Positions 60,320-64,000 of a stretch of 64,000 bases of DNA are shown in pieces. Below the pieces are notes generated by a model. The model was not told the origin of the DNA, did no database searches, and saw nothing but the letters and a program-made list of their open reading frames with translations. Location: positions 22,568,001 to 22,632,000 of the forward strand of contig OZ336890.1 in assembly GCA_965287045.1 (NCBI GenBank). Direction: 5' to 3'. Every line of letters starts with the position of its first letter. The first letter of the stretch is position 1. The stretch is from Carcharhinus amblyrhynchos (Eukaryota). The translations under genes and the position numbers were made by a program.

Positions 60320-60840
60320 CCTTGCATTAAGTTGATTTTTCTCTACACTTTTTTTATTCATTTGTGGGACATGGGCATCACTAGCTGGCCAGCATTTATT
60401 GCCCATCCCTAGTTGCCCTTGTTCAGAGGGCAGTTGAGAGTCAACCACATTGCTGTGGCTCTGAAGTCACATGTAGGCCAGACCAGGTAAGGACGGCAAA
60501 TTTCCTTCCCTAAAGGACATTAGTGAACCGGATGGGTTTTTCCGACAATTGACAATGGTTTCATCAATAGATTCTTAATTCCAGATTTTTTTTATTGAAT
60601 TCAAATTCCACCAGCTGTCATGGTAGGACTTGAACCTGGTCCCCAGAAATTAGCTGAGTTTCTGGATTAATAGTCTAGCAATAATACCACTAGGCCATCG
60701 CATCCTGGTGATGACTGTAACACTACGTTTTGCACTTTCTTGGTTCCTCCTCTATGAAAGGTATGCTTTGTCTGTATAGCGTGCAAGAAACAATACTTTT
60801 CACTGTATGCTAATACATGTGAATAATAAAACAAATCAAA
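60320..60840 (+). mobile_element. Rex1/Babar LINE 3' UTR split by a SINE
   Basis: CCTTGCATTAAGTTGATTTTTCTCTACAC, then the SINE, then ATGACTGTAACAC...CAAGAAACAATACTTTTCACTG...CATGTGAATAATAAAACAAATCAAA. This is colinear with 18216-18370. Confidence 0.8.
60349..60705 (-). mobile_element. tRNA-derived SINE (family 'B'), full length
   Basis: It has a poly-T end, the body CACATGTAGGCCAGACCAGGTAAGGACGGC...CCCTAAAGGACATTAGTGAACC, and the head ATACCACTAGGCCATCGC. Confidence 0.9.
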
Positions 60841-61476
60841 CATAAGGTATTAATATCCCTGCAGTGATATGCAAACCATATGGTTGCCGTTGGTCTTGGT
60901 TTTACACAGGGACATTTTTCTTGGTTTGTACCACTTTATAATGATTCCCCTTCATCAGAGCCACACCAAGATTACATGTTCATCTGTGATGTTTGACCTG
61001 CTAATACACCCATTTAAATTGTGAACTATAAGGAGCAACAAGCATTCATATTGTAAATACAGTAGTTTGTCTCCAACATCTGTGTTTTTCCTGCAAAGTG
61101 GGACTCAATCTCAGCTGGCTTTACTTGGATGCAATACAAACGTAGTACTGGTAAGAGCAGAATCTCATTATTCTTTTGAAAGCACAACAACAGGCTTAGA
61201 GAGCAAAGTACATCCACACAAATGGACTCTTGGTCTCAAGAAAACCCAACTTAAATTTAACAGGTGGGGTTACACACAAATAGATTATGTAACAGCTTGT
61301 TGGAACAAATGGCTGAGATTTTGCTGAAAGAATTAATGACCTTGATAAATTCCCATTCATTCGAGGATTTTACACAAAATCTGATTGAAGGGAGCAACTG
61401 TATCTTAGTCTTATTTTTTACAGCTACGGTTTGATTTTAAAATAACTTCCTCAATAATTATTTCTCAAGTTCTCTT

Positions 61477-61947
61477 ACATAGCAACATAGAAACATGGAA
61501 GATAGGAGCAAGAGGAGGCCATTTGGCCCTTTGTGCCTGCTTTACCATTCATCACGATCATGGCTGATCGTCCAACTCAATAGCCTAATCCTACTTTCTC
61601 CCCGTAACCTTTGATCCCACTCGCCTCAAGTCCTATATCTAGTCACCTCTTGAACACATTTAATATTTTGGCATCAACTACTTCCTGTGGTAATGAATTC
61701 CACAAGATCATCACTCTTTGGGTGAGGAAATGTCTCCTCATCTCCACCCTAAATGGTCTACCTCGAATCCTCAGACTGTGACCTCTGGTTCTGGACACAC
61801 CCACCACCGGGAACATCCTCCCTGCATCTACCCTTTCGAGCCCTGGTAAAATTTTATAACTCTCTATGAGATTCCCTGCTTATTCTTCTAGTCTCAAGCA
61901 AAAACAACCCTAACCTGGTCAACCTCTCCTCAAACATCAATCTCGCC
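61477..61947 (-). mobile_element. CR1 LINE 3' end
   Basis: It has the tail ACATAGCAACATAGAAACAT...GGAGGCCATTTGGCCC and is the same subfamily as 24106-24400. Confidence 0.9.
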
Positions 61948-62399
61948 TCTTCTTGAAGGAACTGTTCCCTTATTAGAACTTGGTAATATATCAGAATCTT
62001 TATCTTCATGGGGTGTTGCAGAGATTTTATCCTTACTGGGTGATGAAAGAGGGTTCTGATTTACTAGGATTGAGCAGTTGCAATCTCTAAATGATCAGCA
62101 CCCATGATCACAGATGGGAACCAGTTGTGAGGAACCCACCTACTGGGTACATTTATCAAGAAAAATACTTCATTTTGATATTTTATTTGCATGCCAGGAC
62201 ATTTTCATTCTAAAAACATACAATACTAAACAGACCAAATTTGTCTTTTGGTGGCGTCACAATTCCTCAGTCAGTACTTTTCTTCCACAATCCTTTCTTC
62301 TTTAGCTTAATTAAGTGAGTGAATAAAATCAGAACATTCATGAATAAGGTCAGAGCATGCAAAGTCAGGGTCAAAGCAGCAGAATGTTAGCTGGTTGAG

Positions 62400-63330
62400 A
62401 TTGGAAGTAGAGGTTAGTTATTAAAGGTGGCAGTAGATAGGAAGTAGTATCCCACAAGGACTAATGCTGGGACCACGGCTGTTCATAATTTACATCGATG
62501 ATTTAGATTTTGGAATTAAAAGCACAACTTCTAAATTTGCAGACAACACTACATTGGGAGGGATAGTTGACACTGAAGACATCTATAGTAGGAGACGTTA
62601 TTCAGCTGTCAGAATGGACATATAATTGGCAAATGAATTTCAGGATAGGTCATTGTGTTACATTCTGGTTTTCAAAAAAGAGCCGCATGTTACTTTCAAA
62701 ATAAGAATCTAGCAGGAAAGCAAAGATCTGAGAGTACAAATATACAAGCCACAAAAAGTTACAGAGCAAGTCATAAAGGTTATTGCAGATGCAAATCAAG
62801 CACTGGGGTTTATTTCTACCTGAAAAGAATTGCCAAATAGAGAAACTATCTGAAACTTATATCAAACACTGGTAAGACCACATTTAAAATGGTACGGTTC
62901 TAAGGTGGGTTTTTCTGGCCTCCCAATGTGTTTCCTGGCGGTGGGAGGCATTGTGCCATTTGCTGGCAGCTGGCTTCTCTGGTCCCACTGCTGTTAATGG
63001 GATTTCTCACTTAAGTTACCCCCAGGCCACCAGGAAACCTGTGGGCAGGAGTGTGTTGAACCAGAGAATCCTTCTGCCAGAGAACAGAGAATTCTGGTCA
63101 TAGCTATCATATTATACAAAGGATATAGGGGCAGTAAAGAGGGTGCAAAAAAGAATTGCAGGGATTATACCATAATTGAGTAAATACCTATCAAGAAAGA
63201 ATGAATTGTTCATGTTTTTTCTCACATGGGAAGAGAAAACTGAAGCTTGCTGAAGAGGGTCTATAAGATTGTAAAAGGTTTTGATAGAATTGTCACAGGG
63301 AGTATTTCCGCTTATGCAGAATTCGGAAAA
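62400..63330 (+). mobile_element. Old CR1 RT fragment split by a MITE
   Basis: It encodes [37 protein letters not shown], the RT core QG and FADD motifs. It resumes after 63100 with KDIGAVKRVQKR...VYKIVKGFDR. Confidence 0.78.
62903..63099. mobile_element. MITE of about 200 bp inserted into CR1
   Basis: It has GGTGGGTTTTTCTGG...CAGAGAATTCTGGTC termini and a core CTGCTGTTAATGGGATTTC. It interrupts the CR1 reading frame. Confidence 0.55.
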
Positions 63331-63404
63331 GAAAAACATTGCGACTGTGAGTGAAAACAAATTAGACATTTTCATAAAATAACATTCTAATCTTGCCCAC
63401 TTTG

Positions 63405-63590
63405 TGGGCGGGATTTTTCTTTCAGTACACAGCAAGTTTTGCACTCGGTGGCAGAATCTTACTATCCTGCCATTGTTAATGGGGTTTCCCATTCAACACA
63501 CCCCTCACAGTTGGGATGACCACTGTGGAGGTGCATCATCAGCGGGACTATAAGATCCAGCCAGCATTAACAGGGGCAAGATTTTGGCAT
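63405..63590. mobile_element. MITE of about 190 bp, same family
   Basis: It starts GGGCGGGATTTTTC, has the core TGTTAATGGGGTTTCCCATT, and ends AAGATTTTGGC. Confidence 0.5.
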
Positions 63591-63792
63591 GTTTTTAAGT
63601 TTCAAAATTGAGTAGATTTTAAACATTTATTTCAAACTTCACATATCATACAACAAACGTTTGCAGCATACTTCACTGGGCCCAAATAGCGTCACTCCAA
63701 ACCCACTGCCATAATATCCAAAAACCAGTAAACCACCCGTATGAATCTGGTGCCAGGTTATCTGTAGCCCAAACTACTTAATGAAGTGAAAT

Positions 63793-64000
63793 TGGGCAGA
63801 ATTCTCCCAAAAGAATTTCTAAGTATTGTTTCCAATTGAAAACCATGGAGGTTCCAATTGAGAATTCCCACAATTCAACCACACTTGGAAATTGCTTTTG
63901 GAACGTGGAGAGATTCTCACTGAATTCTCCCACAATTAGAATTTTTTTTGGAGTGGGAACTTGAAGATGCTGGCACAAACTGACTCCTTGGAGATTGGGG
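63793..64000. mobile_element. Start of another Harbinger-like element (runs off the window)
   Basis: GGGCAGAATTCTCCCAAAAGAATTTCTAAGTAT is similar to 1-25 and 33311. Confidence 0.4.

Noticed and set aside
1-64000. Most short ORFs in the six-frame track as genes
   Set aside because: Many use non-ATG starts, overlap SINEs, LINEs or low-complexity tracts, and show no recognisable domain. In vertebrate DNA this density is expected by chance.

Overview
This is vertebrate, repeat-rich, apparently non-coding DNA (intergenic or deep intronic). The repeat complement points to a cartilaginous fish, probably a carcharhiniform shark: HE1-like V-SINEs, Deu-domain SINEs, CR1, L2 and Rex1/Babar LINE fragments, Penelope-like elements and Harbinger-derived elements. 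I found no convincing host protein-coding exon, tRNA or rRNA gene, or CRISPR array. The ORFs in the track that I can recognise are decayed transposon proteins: CR1, Rex1 and L2 reverse-transcriptase C-termini, a Penelope GIY-YIG endonuclease, and Harbinger Myb/SANT proteins. The most notable feature is a 257-bp non-coding element at 37902-38158. It is bounded by a 12-bp target-site duplication and built from 102-bp inverted arms. Each arm carries a minimal type I hammerhead ribozyme motif, intact on + and hit by a CpG mutation on -. A related, decayed hammerhead copy lies at about 28800. Other observations: one SINE body carrying two different 3' tails, several reconstructable nested insertions, an intron-containing Harbinger Myb gene relic, and several repeat-free blocks that look like conserved non-coding enhancers. 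Family names come from my recall of consensus motifs, not from database searches. Most boundaries are approximate.
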